A stretch of 64,000 nucleotides of DNA from an uncultured bacterium (lineage in GTDB: Bacteria; Acidobacteriota; Thermoanaerobaculia; Multivoradales; JAHZIX01). The notes beneath the pieces are model-generated. The model made no database searches and had not been told where the DNA came from. It saw nothing but the letters and a program-made list of their open reading frames with translations. The stretch covers positions 1 through 64,000 of the forward strand of contig CBDUPA010000002.1 in the NCBI GenBank assembly GCA_965368975.1, given 5' to 3'. Shown in pieces: positions 1 to 9,750 of the stretch (the first letter of the stretch is position 1; each line of letters starts with the position of its first letter). Both the position numbers and the translations under genes were made by a program.

Positions 1-78
1 TGAGCGCTATTCTTAGCCGTGAAGCGCAAAAAGCTGCCTTTCTGGATGCGATCTAACTAAAGCGCGACAGAGACGGGA

Positions 79-1659
79 TCACCCGCCTTGCTGAATCTGG
101 CGCCGCAGCAATTCATTCTCGAACGCCATGCCGACCTGAGCGGTGGCGAGTTCGAGGATGTCGATGTCTTCGATCGGGCGATCGATGTCCCCGTTGTCGG
201 TGTAGATCACCGAGATGACGCGTTGCGCGCCAAGGACGGGAAAGACGACGACTTGGCCGGTAAGCGGAGCACCGAGGACGCTTTCGAGCTGGCGCGGGAG
301 GGTGGCTTCGTCGTACTTGACGGACATCGCCTCGCGGCCGTCCAGGGTCTGAATGAGGACGTTGTCTTCTTCCAGCGGTAGACGCAGGCCGCGTGTGAGT
401 TCGGCGAGGGAGCGCCCGTCGGTACCGAGGCCGAAGGCGCCGAGAGCTTGCAGGCAGTCGGTGCGCACCAGGAAGAGCACCGCCCGCTCGACGGACTCGG
501 AGATGATGTGCATCAGGTTGAGTGCGACGGTGGCGGAGAGCAGGCCGGAGCGCAGATCACCGAAGACCCGGCGGAGGCGGGCGACTCCGGCTTTGTTGTC
601 GCCTTCGGGCTGATCGGGCTGTCTGGATTGGCCGCGAGCGGCAGCGGCTTGCAGTTGCGTGAGCTGCTGCTGGCTGCGGATGACGTTGAGCACGCAGGCG
701 ATGACGGCGTCGACCTCGGCAGGCAGCGCGGCGAGGGCGCCGGCGCCGTAGACCTGGGACACCGGCACCACGCGGTCGACCAGGGCGATCACCGGGGTGG
801 TGGGACGACGGTCGTGCAGCAGGGAGATATCGTCGAGGGTGGCGCGGCCGTCGCGCAGATCGACCAGGACGATCGGGGCCAGAGAGTTGGGCGGCGCCGA
901 GCCGGCATCGAACAGGCTGGTGATCTCGACGCGGTCGATGGCCGGCGGCATCTGCGCGCGCAGTTCGTCGGCGAACTCATGATCCGGCGACGCCAGGTGC
1001 AGGACGTGCGGCGTCAGTCCCTCGTCCGAGCGCTGCGGCGGCTGTACTTCCAGCGCGTCGAGCTCTCGGAAGCTGTCTTCGCCGTCGAGACTGGAACTAG
1101 AAACGCCACCCATCGGCGGCACAGTGACCTCTTCAGCGACACCACCGTCACGGTTGCGCTCGTCGAAGATGCGCGCCGCTTCGAGCAGCACCATTTGGGT
1201 GTTGATATCGGTGTCGGGTACCACGTCGCCGGGGGCGACGGCGATGTCGTCCACCGGACGCAGATCGTCGACCACGAACTCGAAGGTACCGAGATCCCAG
1301 CCAACCAGCTCGGAGATGGTCTGCTCGATCTGCTGCGACACGACTTGCCGCAAGGCATCTTCGTCCACCTTGCCGTCGGCGATCAGGATCTGCCCGATGG
1401 AGCGCGTTTCCGGTGCCTCGCCCTGTGCCTGGACTGCGGCGTCGAGAGTGTCGTTGTCGATCACCCCAGCCTTCACCAGCAGATCGCCGAGCTTGGGCGT
1501 TTCGGGGCCGCGGGCACTGACCAGCCGACCGGTGTGGAAGCCGATCATGGCTTCTTCCCCGGTGCGGTTCAGCAACAATGTGCCGGTCCGCCGCCCGAGG
1601 TGGATGAACTGCATTACATCAGCGACGGAGACGTCTTCGAGACTGCCAGAAATGCTCAT
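79..1659 (-). CDS. DUF4388 (PatA-N-like) domain protein with degenerate receiver-like middle and C-terminal GAF domain
   Basis: N-term MSISGSLEDVSVADVMQFIHLGRRTGTL...WDLGTFEF is typical of DUF4388; KLGDLLV/RSIGQILI MshEN-like repeats; C-term VVVFPVLGAQRVISVIYTDN...LELATAQVGMAFENELL is GAF-like. Confidence 0.75.
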   Translation of the reverse strand: MSISGSLEDVSVADVMQFIHLGRRTGTLLLNRTGEEAMIGFHTGRLVSARGPETPKLGDLLVKAGVIDNDTLDAAVQAQGEAPETRSIGQILIADGKVDEDALRQVVSQQIEQTISELVGWDLGTFEFVVDDLRPVDDIAVAPGDVVPDTDINTQMVLLEAARIFDERNRDGGVAEEVTVPPMGGVSSSSLDGEDSFRELDALEVQPPQRSDEGLTPHVLHLASPDHEFADELRAQMPPAIDRVEITSLFDAGSAPPNSLAPIVLVDLRDGRATLDDISLLHDRRPTTPVIALVDRVVPVSQVYGAGALAALPAEVDAVIACVLNVIRSQQQLTQLQAAAARGQSRQPDQPEGDNKAGVARLRRVFGDLRSGLLSATVALNLMHIISESVERAVLFLVRTDCLQALGAFGLGTDGRSLAELTRGLRLPLEEDNVLIQTLDGREAMSVKYDEATLPRQLESVLGAPLTGQVVVFPVLGAQRVISVIYTDNGDIDRPIEDIDILELATAQVGMAFENELLRRQIQQGG

Positions 1660-1678
1660 AACTTGCTCGTGGACCGCA

Positions 1679-2491
1679 TCAGCCGCGGGCCAGCTTCACC
1701 AGGCTTTCGAGGGTGCGGAGCTTGCGGTCCTTGGTGGCGAACAACCGGGCGGCGAACAGCGCGGACGCCGCGTGCGCTGACAGCAGGTCCAGCAGGTCAC
1801 GGTCTTCCGGGCGCAGCACCGGCTTGTGATCGAAGAGCTTGAGGAGTACCAGCGCACCAACGATGGAGTCCTGCACACGCAGCGGCACCGCCGCCAGGGC
1901 ACTCGACCCCTGTTCCGGACCGATGCGCAGTACGCCGTCTTCGAGTGTGGAATCGACCATCGCGTCGCCACCGACGTAGCGACCGCCAGAGTAGAGGCCG
2001 CTGAAGGCGTCATCGTCGCCGTGCGAGAAAGCGACCTCACACTCGTTGCCGGTGCCCTCTTCTTCTTTACGTAGTAGCAAGACGAAGCGCTCGGCACCCA
2101 GCAGATTGATGGCGATCTCGGCGATCGTCTCCTGCACTTCTTCTGGATCCAACGTGGCATGCAGCTGGAAGGTCGCGACGTACAGGTTCATCAGGCGGCC
2201 AGCATGGTGCTCGGAATCCACCAGGCGCGACGACAATTCCTGCACGTCAGCTTCGGCTGCCACCAGTCGGCGCTCGAGATCGACGATACGGTCGCTGCTG
2301 GCTGGGCCACCTTCCTTTTCGGCGCGTTTGAGATTGGCCTCCAGCGCACCGAGCAGGTCCGTTGCTTGATCCAGGGTTTCGCGCAGCCCTCCCACGACCT
2401 CGAGACCGGTGAGGCTTTGGGGATCGACGTTCCCGATCTGGGATCTTTTCTTACTCATCTCCTGCGCATCTCTCTCCGGACCTTGAGGCAA
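1679..2491 (-). CDS. Coiled-coil plus GAF domain protein (start may be ATG at 2458)
   Basis: Heptad region LERRLVAAEADVQELSSRL; GAF signature LAAVPLRVQDSIVGALVL...DRDLLDLLSAHAASAL. Confidence 0.7.
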   Translation of the reverse strand: MPQGPERDAQEMSKKRSQIGNVDPQSLTGLEVVGGLRETLDQATDLLGALEANLKRAEKEGGPASSDRIVDLERRLVAAEADVQELSSRLVDSEHHAGRLMNLYVATFQLHATLDPEEVQETIAEIAINLLGAERFVLLLRKEEEGTGNECEVAFSHGDDDAFSGLYSGGRYVGGDAMVDSTLEDGVLRIGPEQGSSALAAVPLRVQDSIVGALVLLKLFDHKPVLRPEDRDLLDLLSAHAASALFAARLFATKDRKLRTLESLVKLARG

Positions 2492-2558
2492 GCTAGTCTA
2501 GTGCAGCCCGCCCCGCCTTTCAACAAAGCACCGACAACAAGCTCTTACGACTGTACCG

Positions 2559-3302
2559 TCAAACACCCGGCGCGCTGTTTCCGCTTGCCTCTGCCAACGC
2601 TGAGAGCGCGGCGAGGAAGGCACGGATGCGCGCGGCATTGGCCCCCAGATCGCCGGTTCCGTCACGCGATGTCGAGCGCACGTCGATCACCGACTCACCG
2701 TCCCCCTGGGGGCGCACCCGCACTACGACATCGTCGGCGAAGCCGAAGATACGTGTGCGGTCGACCGCCTCGAAGCTCGCAGAGCCCGTGCCCTCGTCTC
2801 CGAGCAGCGTCCAGCCCTGCGCGCGCGCGGCGCGGCGTGCCAACTCCAGGGCTCGGGCCGCCGGCACCTCGAGGCGCAGCGGTCGTAGATCCGGATAGAA
2901 CCGCCTCTGTTGCTGCGAGGTATCGCTGGGCCCTTCGGGATAGCTCAGGTCGCGCCCCTGGTTGGCAACCTCTCTAGCGGCGAGCACGAAGACTGGAGGG
3001 TCATCGAGGTCGGTGGTGACATCGTGCATGCGCGCCGCCCGCGACGCCTGCACCGCCAGGACAACAGGATAGGCGAGCAGGAGGACGGCGATGAGTGCCG
3101 CCAGCGGTGACCGCTGCGTCCAGACCAGCACCAACGCCGCCAGTCCACCGAGCGCGCACCCCCCCGTCACCAGGCCGAAAGCAACCAGCGCAGGCAGCAG
3201 GCGCAGCAGTGCCGCCACCAGACCGAGGAGCGCGGCCAAAGCACCGACCAAGACCACGAGGACTCCGGGAGACGGCAGCTTGTCGAGCATCGACGATACC
3301 AA
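2559..3302 (-). CDS. DUF1499 family membrane protein
   Basis: Three N-terminal TM helices; HDVTTDLDDPPVF, QQRRFYPDLRPL, TRIFGFADDVVVRV, DVRSTSRDGTGDLGANAARIR motifs. Confidence 0.85.
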   Translation of the reverse strand: MVSSMLDKLPSPGVLVVLVGALAALLGLVAALLRLLPALVAFGLVTGGCALGGLAALVLVWTQRSPLAALIAVLLLAYPVVLAVQASRAARMHDVTTDLDDPPVFVLAAREVANQGRDLSYPEGPSDTSQQQRRFYPDLRPLRLEVPAARALELARRAARAQGWTLLGDEGTGSASFEAVDRTRIFGFADDVVVRVRPQGDGESVIDVRSTSRDGTGDLGANAARIRAFLAALSALAEASGNSAPGV

Positions 3303-3305
3303 CGC

Positions 3306-4901
3306 TTACCAGGGACGAGAGATGATGCAGGCGTTGATGCCGCCAATGCCCATCGACAGTTTGCCCGCTGGGCCCGGTGGCGCGGTGCAGCCACGGTCGA
3401 ACACGAAATTGCGATGCAGCTGGGCGATCTCAGGGTTCAGGTCGTCTTCGTTGAGCGTGGTCGGGAACAGCTCGCCGCGCTCATAGCCCAGATACTGCGC
3501 CGTCAGCTCCCAACCGCCACCGGCCGACATGCCGTGCCCAAAGGTTCCCTTGCGAGCACTGATCAGCACCGATTCCGGCAGCACGCCACGCACCGTCGCC
3601 ACTTCCTGGTAGTCACCCGGCGTGGCGGTGGCGTGCATGTCCCAGGTGGCGACCTCGTCGGCCGCGACGTCGGCGATGTCCAGCGCCTGCCGAATCGCGA
3701 CCGTCGGGCCTTCCTGCGATGGCGTGATGATGTGGTCGGCGTCCGAGCTGACGCCCACCGCCAGGGGCTCGATACCCACCGGCTTGAAGCCGCGCGCGGT
3801 CATGTGCTCGTAGTCGCCGAGGACCCAGATCACCGAGCCGCCCGCGACGTGGGTGCCACGCAGACCGCTGAGCGGCTTGGAGACCTGGCCGTCAGCGGCC
3901 AGCACGCGGCCGGAGTAGAAGGCCCCGACAGTCATGCCAACCGGCGGCGGATCGGTGGCACCCACCACCACCGCCTTGGCCTCGCCGCGGCGGATGGCGT
4001 CCAGGCCCAGCTTGAGCGCAACGCCGAAGGTCGAGCAAGCGGCTACCGGCGCGAAGGCGAGACCGCGGATGCGGCCAAGGATCGAGATCTGCGACGCCGG
4101 AATGTTCTGGATGTTCCAGATGACGTTGGCACTGACCTGACTCCACGGCGGATCCGGAGCACCCCATTCCTTCTGCAGCCGTGCACGGCGGCGCTCCTTT
4201 TCTTTGAGCACCCGCATCTTGCCCGACTCGACGTCCCCCTCGATGCTCAGTGAATCGATCTCCCGGTGCGACTGCAGGTACTTGTCGAGCTCCGGCGAGC
4301 GATCCGCCCAATAGCGCCACCAGACTTCCTCGGCATCCTCACGGTCCAACTCTGCCGCCGCCGACGGCTCCGACGGTGCATCCGGAAAGCGTTCGACCCG
4401 CTCGGCAGGCGACAGCTTCAGGTAGTCCCGTAGCGTCGAGTTGCGATCAGAGGTCGCCCAGAAACGGATCCAGCGGCGCATCGCCCGATGCAGCGAGATC
4501 GACGCCGACTCGATCGTCTCTAAAGAGCCAAGACCGGTACCGACATAGACGTGTGCCTCCTCGCCAAGATCGACCAGTTCCTGCTCCAATCCCTCGTTCT
4601 GGCCTAGCGCCTGGATAAACGCCCCGGCGGCATAGAGCGATGGCTTGTCCATCTTGTCCATCAGCTGACGGAACCGGTTGGGCGGAAAGCGCGCATCGAT
4701 CCAGGACCGGTAGTCGGCGAAGTCGAACTGTGGCTCACCAACCAGGAAGTTGTCTTTACCGTAGCCGTGGAACGGTTCGAGCCACGTCTCCGCCGCTCCC
4801 AGATTGCGCGCGAAGGCTTCGATATTAGGGGAACGAGGGGCAACGATGCCCCAGCCGAAAATGCCTACTCTGGTCAAGGTGTCGATCTCCATCTCACCCA
4901 C
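3306..4901 (-). CDS. Beta-ketoacyl synthase (FabF/FabB-like) with a large insertion
   Basis: Catalytic Cys in AACSTFG, His in DMHATATPGD, His in KGTFGHGMSAGG, C-term SMGIGGINACII. Confidence 0.8.
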   Translation of the reverse strand: MGEMEIDTLTRVGIFGWGIVAPRSPNIEAFARNLGAAETWLEPFHGYGKDNFLVGEPQFDFADYRSWIDARFPPNRFRQLMDKMDKPSLYAAGAFIQALGQNEGLEQELVDLGEEAHVYVGTGLGSLETIESASISLHRAMRRWIRFWATSDRNSTLRDYLKLSPAERVERFPDAPSEPSAAAELDREDAEEVWWRYWADRSPELDKYLQSHREIDSLSIEGDVESGKMRVLKEKERRRARLQKEWGAPDPPWSQVSANVIWNIQNIPASQISILGRIRGLAFAPVAACSTFGVALKLGLDAIRRGEAKAVVVGATDPPPVGMTVGAFYSGRVLAADGQVSKPLSGLRGTHVAGGSVIWVLGDYEHMTARGFKPVGIEPLAVGVSSDADHIITPSQEGPTVAIRQALDIADVAADEVATWDMHATATPGDYQEVATVRGVLPESVLISARKGTFGHGMSAGGGWELTAQYLGYERGELFPTTLNEDDLNPEIAQLHRNFVFDRGCTAPPGPAGKLSMGIGGINACIISRPW

Positions 4902-5015
4902 TAGGGGTCGGCGCCGGAGGTTTGGAAGGGGCGCCGATAGCTTGCCGCCATTGTGTCACAACCGCTCGCGGCCCCCGCCGAACCCAGACCTCGCCAGGCC
5001 GTATAAGATGCACAA

Positions 5016-6257
5016 ATGACGCCCAACTCACCGCCCCAACCCCCTTCGTCGCGGAGCCCATCGACCAAGACCACCGGCCGCCTCAACACGCGCCTGGTGC
5101 GCGGCGGCGAACCGCAGCCGCCGATCCACGGTGCCGTCACCCTGCCGATCTTCCAGACATCCACCTATGAGCACCACGATGGCGACAAGTTCTCCTACGA
5201 CGACCTGCGCTACGCTCGCCTGAGCAACTCGCCGACGCACGACGGCTTGCACGCCAAGCTGGCGGCAGCGGGCGAGAGCGAGGCGGCGCTAGTGACCAGC
5301 AGCGGCATGGCGGCGATTTCGACGGCACTGCTCTCAGTGCTCGGCCAGGGCGACCACATGCTGGCCCAGGACACGCTCTACGGCGGCACGCTGGCGCTCC
5401 TGACTCAGGACTTGCCGCGCTTGGGCATTGATGTCAGCTTCGTCGACAGCCGCGATCCGGCGTCCTGGGAAGCAGAGCTGCGCCCCAGCACCAAGGCGTT
5501 CTACGTCGAAGCGCTGAGCAATCCGCTACTGCAACTCACCGACTTGCACGCCGTCGTCGCCTTCGCGCGCGCCCGCGGGCTGGTGTCGCTGGCCGACAAC
5601 ACCTTCCTGTCGCCGGCCTGCCTATGCACCGTGCCACTCGGTTTCGACCTCGAACTGCACAGCGCCACCAAGTACCTGAACGGCCACAGCGACCTGATCG
5701 CCGGCGCCGTACTGGGCACTGCCGAGCGCGTGCACCAAGTACGGTTGCGACTCAACCACCTGGGCGGCAGCCTCGACCCGCACGCCTGCTTCCTGCTCTA
5801 CCGCGGGCTCAAGACTCTGGGCCTGCGCGTCGAGCGTCAATGCGCCAACGCGCTGGCGCTGGCACGCTTCCTCGAAGAGGACTCGCAAGTCGCGCAGCCT
5901 CGCGTGTCGCGGGTGCTCTACCCGGGACTCGACGAAGGTGCCCAGAAGCATCCACAAGCCGAACTCGCCCGACGGCTGCTGCCGCACGGCCAAGGTGGCA
6001 TGCTGGCCTTCGAGCTTTCCGGCGGCCCCGAGGCGGCCGAGACACTATTCCAACACCTGCAGATCGCCACCATCGCTCCGAGCCTGGGCGGCGTCGAGAC
6101 GCTGGTGACACGCCCTGCCACGACGTCGCACGCCGGCATGGCCCCGGACGCGCGCCGCGCCGCCGGCATCAGCGACGGCCTGGTGCGCGTGTCGGTGGGC
6201 ATCGAGGACGCCGAGGATCTGGTCGCGGACTTCCAGCAGGCGCTCGACCAGCTCTGA
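5016..6257 (+). CDS. PLP-dependent transsulfuration enzyme (cystathionine gamma-synthase/lyase, methionine gamma-lyase family)
   Basis: PIFQTSTY, YARLSNSPT, SSGMAAI, DNTF, HSATKYLNGHSD (PLP Lys), SLGGVETL, LVRVSVGIED. Confidence 0.9.
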   Translation: MTPNSPPQPPSSRSPSTKTTGRLNTRLVRGGEPQPPIHGAVTLPIFQTSTYEHHDGDKFSYDDLRYARLSNSPTHDGLHAKLAAAGESEAALVTSSGMAAISTALLSVLGQGDHMLAQDTLYGGTLALLTQDLPRLGIDVSFVDSRDPASWEAELRPSTKAFYVEALSNPLLQLTDLHAVVAFARARGLVSLADNTFLSPACLCTVPLGFDLELHSATKYLNGHSDLIAGAVLGTAERVHQVRLRLNHLGGSLDPHACFLLYRGLKTLGLRVERQCANALALARFLEEDSQVAQPRVSRVLYPGLDEGAQKHPQAELARRLLPHGQGGMLAFELSGGPEAAETLFQHLQIATIAPSLGGVETLVTRPATTSHAGMAPDARRAAGISDGLVRVSVGIEDAEDLVADFQQALDQL

Positions 6258-6380
6258 CCGCCGAGAAAAGTAGGAGCGAAACTTGTCACCCGGCCGCTAC
6301 ACGCTGTAGATTCCTCATACTCTAGGCGTTCTCGCCGAAGAGCACCTACCTATCGACACTGCCGCCGGAGAACCATCGCC

Positions 6381-6911
6381 ATGGCCGAACACCGCTTGAA
6401 TTACGAGCGCATGTTGCGCAACGCACTGCGCGACGTGGTGCGCCAGGCATTGCTGGAAGTCGCCGAGCAGGGCCTGCCCGGCGAGCACCATCTCTACATC
6501 GTCTTCCGCACCGACCATCCCGGCGTCGAGTTGCCGCCCCCGCTGCTGCAGCAATACCCGGAAGAGATGACCATCGTGCTGCAGATGCAGTTCTGGGACC
6601 TGCTGGTGGAGCGCGACAGCTTCGCCATCACCCTACGCTTCAACGGCATGCCGCGGCGCCTGATCGTCCCGTTCGAGGCGGTCATCGGCTTCGCCGACCC
6701 GTCGGTCAACCTGGCGCTCGAATTCGACGCCGTGCTGCCGCCGGGGCCAGAGGGCGTAAAGGCCGACGAAAACCCCTTTTCCCAGGCAAGGCCACCAGCT
6801 TCTTCCGAAGCGGCCTTGTCCGATGGCAGTGCCCCGGACACGGACGGCGACGATCCCGGCGAGCAGACCGGCGGCAAGGTCGTCGACTTCCGCAGCTACC
6901 GCAAGAAATAG
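6381..6911 (+). CDS. sspB: SspB-family ClpXP adaptor (alphaproteobacterial-type)
   Basis: GLPGEHHLYIVFRTDHPGV, YPEEMTIVLQMQFWDL, LIVPFEAVIGFADPSV, C-terminal KVVDFRSYRKK tail. Confidence 0.85.
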   Translation: MAEHRLNYERMLRNALRDVVRQALLEVAEQGLPGEHHLYIVFRTDHPGVELPPPLLQQYPEEMTIVLQMQFWDLLVERDSFAITLRFNGMPRRLIVPFEAVIGFADPSVNLALEFDAVLPPGPEGVKADENPFSQARPPASSEAALSDGSAPDTDGDDPGEQTGGKVVDFRSYRKK

Positions 6912-6924
6912 GCGTCCCTACCCC

Positions 6925-7725
6925 CTACTTGTCCGTCCCCAGGCTCAGGCCCCCGTCCGCCGGCACGATGGCACCGGTAACCCAGGCGCCCATCGGGGAC
7001 GCCAGGAACAGCGCCACGCGTGCGATGTCGCGCGGCTGGCCGACGCGGCCCAACGGCGTCGTGCCGGCGAAGTAGTCGAGCGCGCTCTGGATCTGGTCCG
7101 CCGGCATCATGGTGTCGAAGATCGGCGTCTCGACGATACCCGGGTTGATCGCGTTGACCCGGATACCGTCCTCGGCCAGATCGAGCGCCCAGCAGCGGGT
7201 CAACTGGTCGACACCCGCCTTGGCCGCCGAGTAGATCGAGAAGTTCTTGACCCCGATCAGCGTCACCGACGACGAGATGTTGATCACCGCCGCACCGCCG
7301 GCCGCCTTGTGTTCGCGCAGGTGCGGCACCGCCGCGCGGGTCACGAAGATCGGTCCCTTGAGGTCGATGTCGATCAGCGCGTCGACATCTTCGTCGGCCA
7401 TCGACTCGAGCGAACCGTTGCGCGAGATGCCGGCGTTGTTGACCAGGATGTGCAAGCCACCCAATCGCTCGACCGTCTGCTCCACCATGTGTGCCGCGTG
7501 CGCGGGGTCCGAAACATCGCCAGCGACCGCCACGGCGCGACCGTCGTTGACTTCGATGGCGCGCACCGCCTCCTCCAACACGTCCTCGCGCCGTCCCGTC
7601 ACCGCCACCGACGCCCCGGCCGACGCCAGCATCTCGGCGATCTCGCGACCGATGCCCGAGCCGCCACCGGTCACCAGCGCCACCTTGCCATCCAGTCGAA
7701 TCTGCGCGGTCAATCCTTCCGTCAT
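6925..7725 (-). CDS. Classical short-chain dehydrogenase/reductase
   Basis: TGGGSGIG, LVNNAG, NISS, YSAAK, IRVNAINPG. Confidence 0.92.
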   Translation of the reverse strand: MTEGLTAQIRLDGKVALVTGGGSGIGREIAEMLASAGASVAVTGRREDVLEEAVRAIEVNDGRAVAVAGDVSDPAHAAHMVEQTVERLGGLHILVNNAGISRNGSLESMADEDVDALIDIDLKGPIFVTRAAVPHLREHKAAGGAAVINISSSVTLIGVKNFSIYSAAKAGVDQLTRCWALDLAEDGIRVNAINPGIVETPIFDTMMPADQIQSALDYFAGTTPLGRVGQPRDIARVALFLASPMGAWVTGAIVPADGGLSLGTDK

Positions 7726-7850
7726 CTCTCGCTCCTTCGCCTAGCCGCCAGTTTCCTTGCCGGGCCACTGTCTGCGGCTACGACGGGACCGCTACGGCAC
7801 CCGTCCCGGCTGTCAGAACCAGCGTACCAACAACCAGCGAAGGAACAAAC

Positions 7851-8378
7851 CTAGCGACGAAACGCGGCCGTGCACAGGATCTCGACTTGTGCACCCGCCG
7901 GCAGCGCGGCGACCTGCAGCGCGGCGCGCGCAGGCGGATCTTCCGAGAAGAAGCTGCCATAGACGGCGTTGACCACGGCGTAGTCGGCGATATCGGCCAA
8001 GAACACCTGACACTGCGCGACATGCTGCAGATCCGCACCGGCCGCCTGCAGGATCGCCTGCACATTGTAGAGCGCCTGCCGTGCTTCGGCCTCGACACCA
8101 CCGTCTACCAGCTGGCGCGTCTCGGGATCAGCACCGATCTGACCGGCAACGAAGAGCATGTCACCGACCTGGATGGCTTGCGAATAAGGCCCGATCGGCT
8201 GCGGCGCCCGATCGGTCAGGATCACCTCACGTTCCAACTCTTGCACGACCGTCGCCGCGGGAGCCTCCTGTCCAGAAACGGTGGAGGTCTGCGGGGGCGT
8301 TTCCGCACACGCGGTCAGCGCAGCGGCGCACATCGAGCAGACCAGGAATCGAGACAGGCGCGAAAGGGAGCAGTCCAT
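7851..8378 (-). CDS. RidA/YjgF family protein with N-terminal lipoprotein signal
   Basis: APQPIGPYSQAI, FVAGQIG, YAVVNAVYGSFF, PPARAALQVAALP, VEI; lipobox-like ALTAC at residues 20-24. Confidence 0.85.
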   Translation of the reverse strand: MDCSLSRLSRFLVCSMCAAALTACAETPPQTSTVSGQEAPAATVVQELEREVILTDRAPQPIGPYSQAIQVGDMLFVAGQIGADPETRQLVDGGVEAEARQALYNVQAILQAAGADLQHVAQCQVFLADIADYAVVNAVYGSFFSEDPPARAALQVAALPAGAQVEILCTAAFRR

Positions 8379-8496
8379 CGAGTTTCTCCTCGGCCAATTT
8401 CTACTTGCAAAAGGCGGTGAGTCGGGAACGGAGTCAATGCTAACATCGCACCCTCACCTTCGATTCCCACTCGCAGCAGGAGGCAAGCTGGACGCA

Positions 8497-9750
8497 ATGG
8501 ATATCGGTATTCGCAGAGAAGACAAAAATCGATGGGAACGGCGCACTCCGCTGACGCCCCAGCACGTGGAAGAGCTGGTCAAGGAGCGTGGGGTCGGCGT
8601 CATCGTGCAGCCTTCGCCGATCCGCATTTTCGACGATGAAGAATACCGCCAGGCCGGTGCCCTGGTGCAGGACGACCTTTCCGCCTGCCGCGTCATCTTC
8701 GGCGTCAAAGAGGTTCCCACCGAGCAGGTGCTGCCGCGCAAGCCCTACATGTGCTTCTCGCACGTGATCAAGGGCCAGGAAGCTGGCATGCCACTGCTAC
8801 GCACCTTCTTGGCACGCGGCAGCACGCTGATCGATTATGAGCCGATTGTCGACCGCCAGGGGCGACGCCTGCTGTTCTTTGGCCGCCAAGCGGGGCAGGC
8901 CGGCATGATCGACGGCCTGTGGGCACTCGGGCAGCGGCTCAAGATCCAGGGCTTCGAGACTGCGTTCGAAGGCATCCAGCCGGCCCACGGTTACCGCAAC
9001 GTCGACGAAGCGCTCAATTTCCTCTCCGGCCAGGTCACCCAACACATCCGCGAGCAGGGCGTGCCGCGCGAGTTGCATCCTCTGGTCATCGGCGTTACTG
9101 GTGGTGGCAACGTCGCCCAAGGAGCGCACGACATCCTCGACCGCCTGCCGATTGTCGAAGTCGATCCTGAAGAGCTGCCCCAACTAGCCGAGCAAGAAGG
9201 GCTATCGCGGCGCGTGCTCTACAAGGTGGTGTTCCGGCGTGATCAGCGCAAGCGCTTCACTCGCCACTTGCCCTACATCACCCTCCTCGTCAACGGCATC
9301 TACTGGGAACCCGGCGACCGCCGGCTGGTGACGCGTGAGGATGTCGACACACTGTGGAGCCACGGGGCGACACCCAAGCTACGAGCCATCGCCGACCTGT
9401 CGTGCGACATCGAAGGCTCCGTCGAGATCACCACGCGCGCCACGTCACCGGAAGATCCAGTCTACGTCTACGACCCGGCCACCGGCAGGGACCGTCCCGG
9501 CTTCGAGGGCCACGGCCCAGTGATCCTGGCGGTCGACAATCTGCCCGCTGAGATCCCGCGCGATGCCTCCGCCTTTTTTGGCGATGCCCTTTTTCCCTTC
9601 GTCAGCGGCATTCTGGCCGCCAACTTCAACGTTGGCTTCGAGCACCTCACGCTGCCGGCCGCCGTGCTGCGCGGCGTCATCGCCCACGGTGGCGAGCTGG
9701 CGCTGCGCTATCGTGACCTCGAGGACGCCATGCGGAGAGCCGGCGTATGA
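8497..9750 (+). CDS. Lysine-ketoglutarate reductase-like protein (AlaDH/PNT fold, LKR half of AASS)
   Basis: MDIGIRREDKNRWERRTPLTP, GVKEVP, FSHVIKGQ, LIDYE, GGGNVAQGA, NGIYW, IADLSCDIEGS, VDNLPAEIPRDAS; start moved to ATG 8497 after AGGAGG. Confidence 0.85.
   Translation: MDIGIRREDKNRWERRTPLTPQHVEELVKERGVGVIVQPSPIRIFDDEEYRQAGALVQDDLSACRVIFGVKEVPTEQVLPRKPYMCFSHVIKGQEAGMPLLRTFLARGSTLIDYEPIVDRQGRRLLFFGRQAGQAGMIDGLWALGQRLKIQGFETAFEGIQPAHGYRNVDEALNFLSGQVTQHIREQGVPRELHPLVIGVTGGGNVAQGAHDILDRLPIVEVDPEELPQLAEQEGLSRRVLYKVVFRRDQRKRFTRHLPYITLLVNGIYWEPGDRRLVTREDVDTLWSHGATPKLRAIADLSCDIEGSVEITTRATSPEDPVYVYDPATGRDRPGFEGHGPVILAVDNLPAEIPRDASAFFGDALFPFVSGILAANFNVGFEHLTLPAAVLRGVIAHGGELALRYRDLEDAMRRAGV

Noticed and set aside
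448-1842. Long antisense or alternate-frame ORFs (e.g. 448-1842, 13478-14716, 23756-25165, 46119-48065, 52339-53826)
   Set aside because: Shadow ORFs expected in high-GC DNA opposite well-supported genes; no motifs or SD
8281-8496. N-terminal extensions given by the ORF track (also 15656, 25752, 30609, 44791, 55165)
   Set aside because: They overlap neighbouring genes or promoters; homology and SD or -10 signals point to the downstream starts used here
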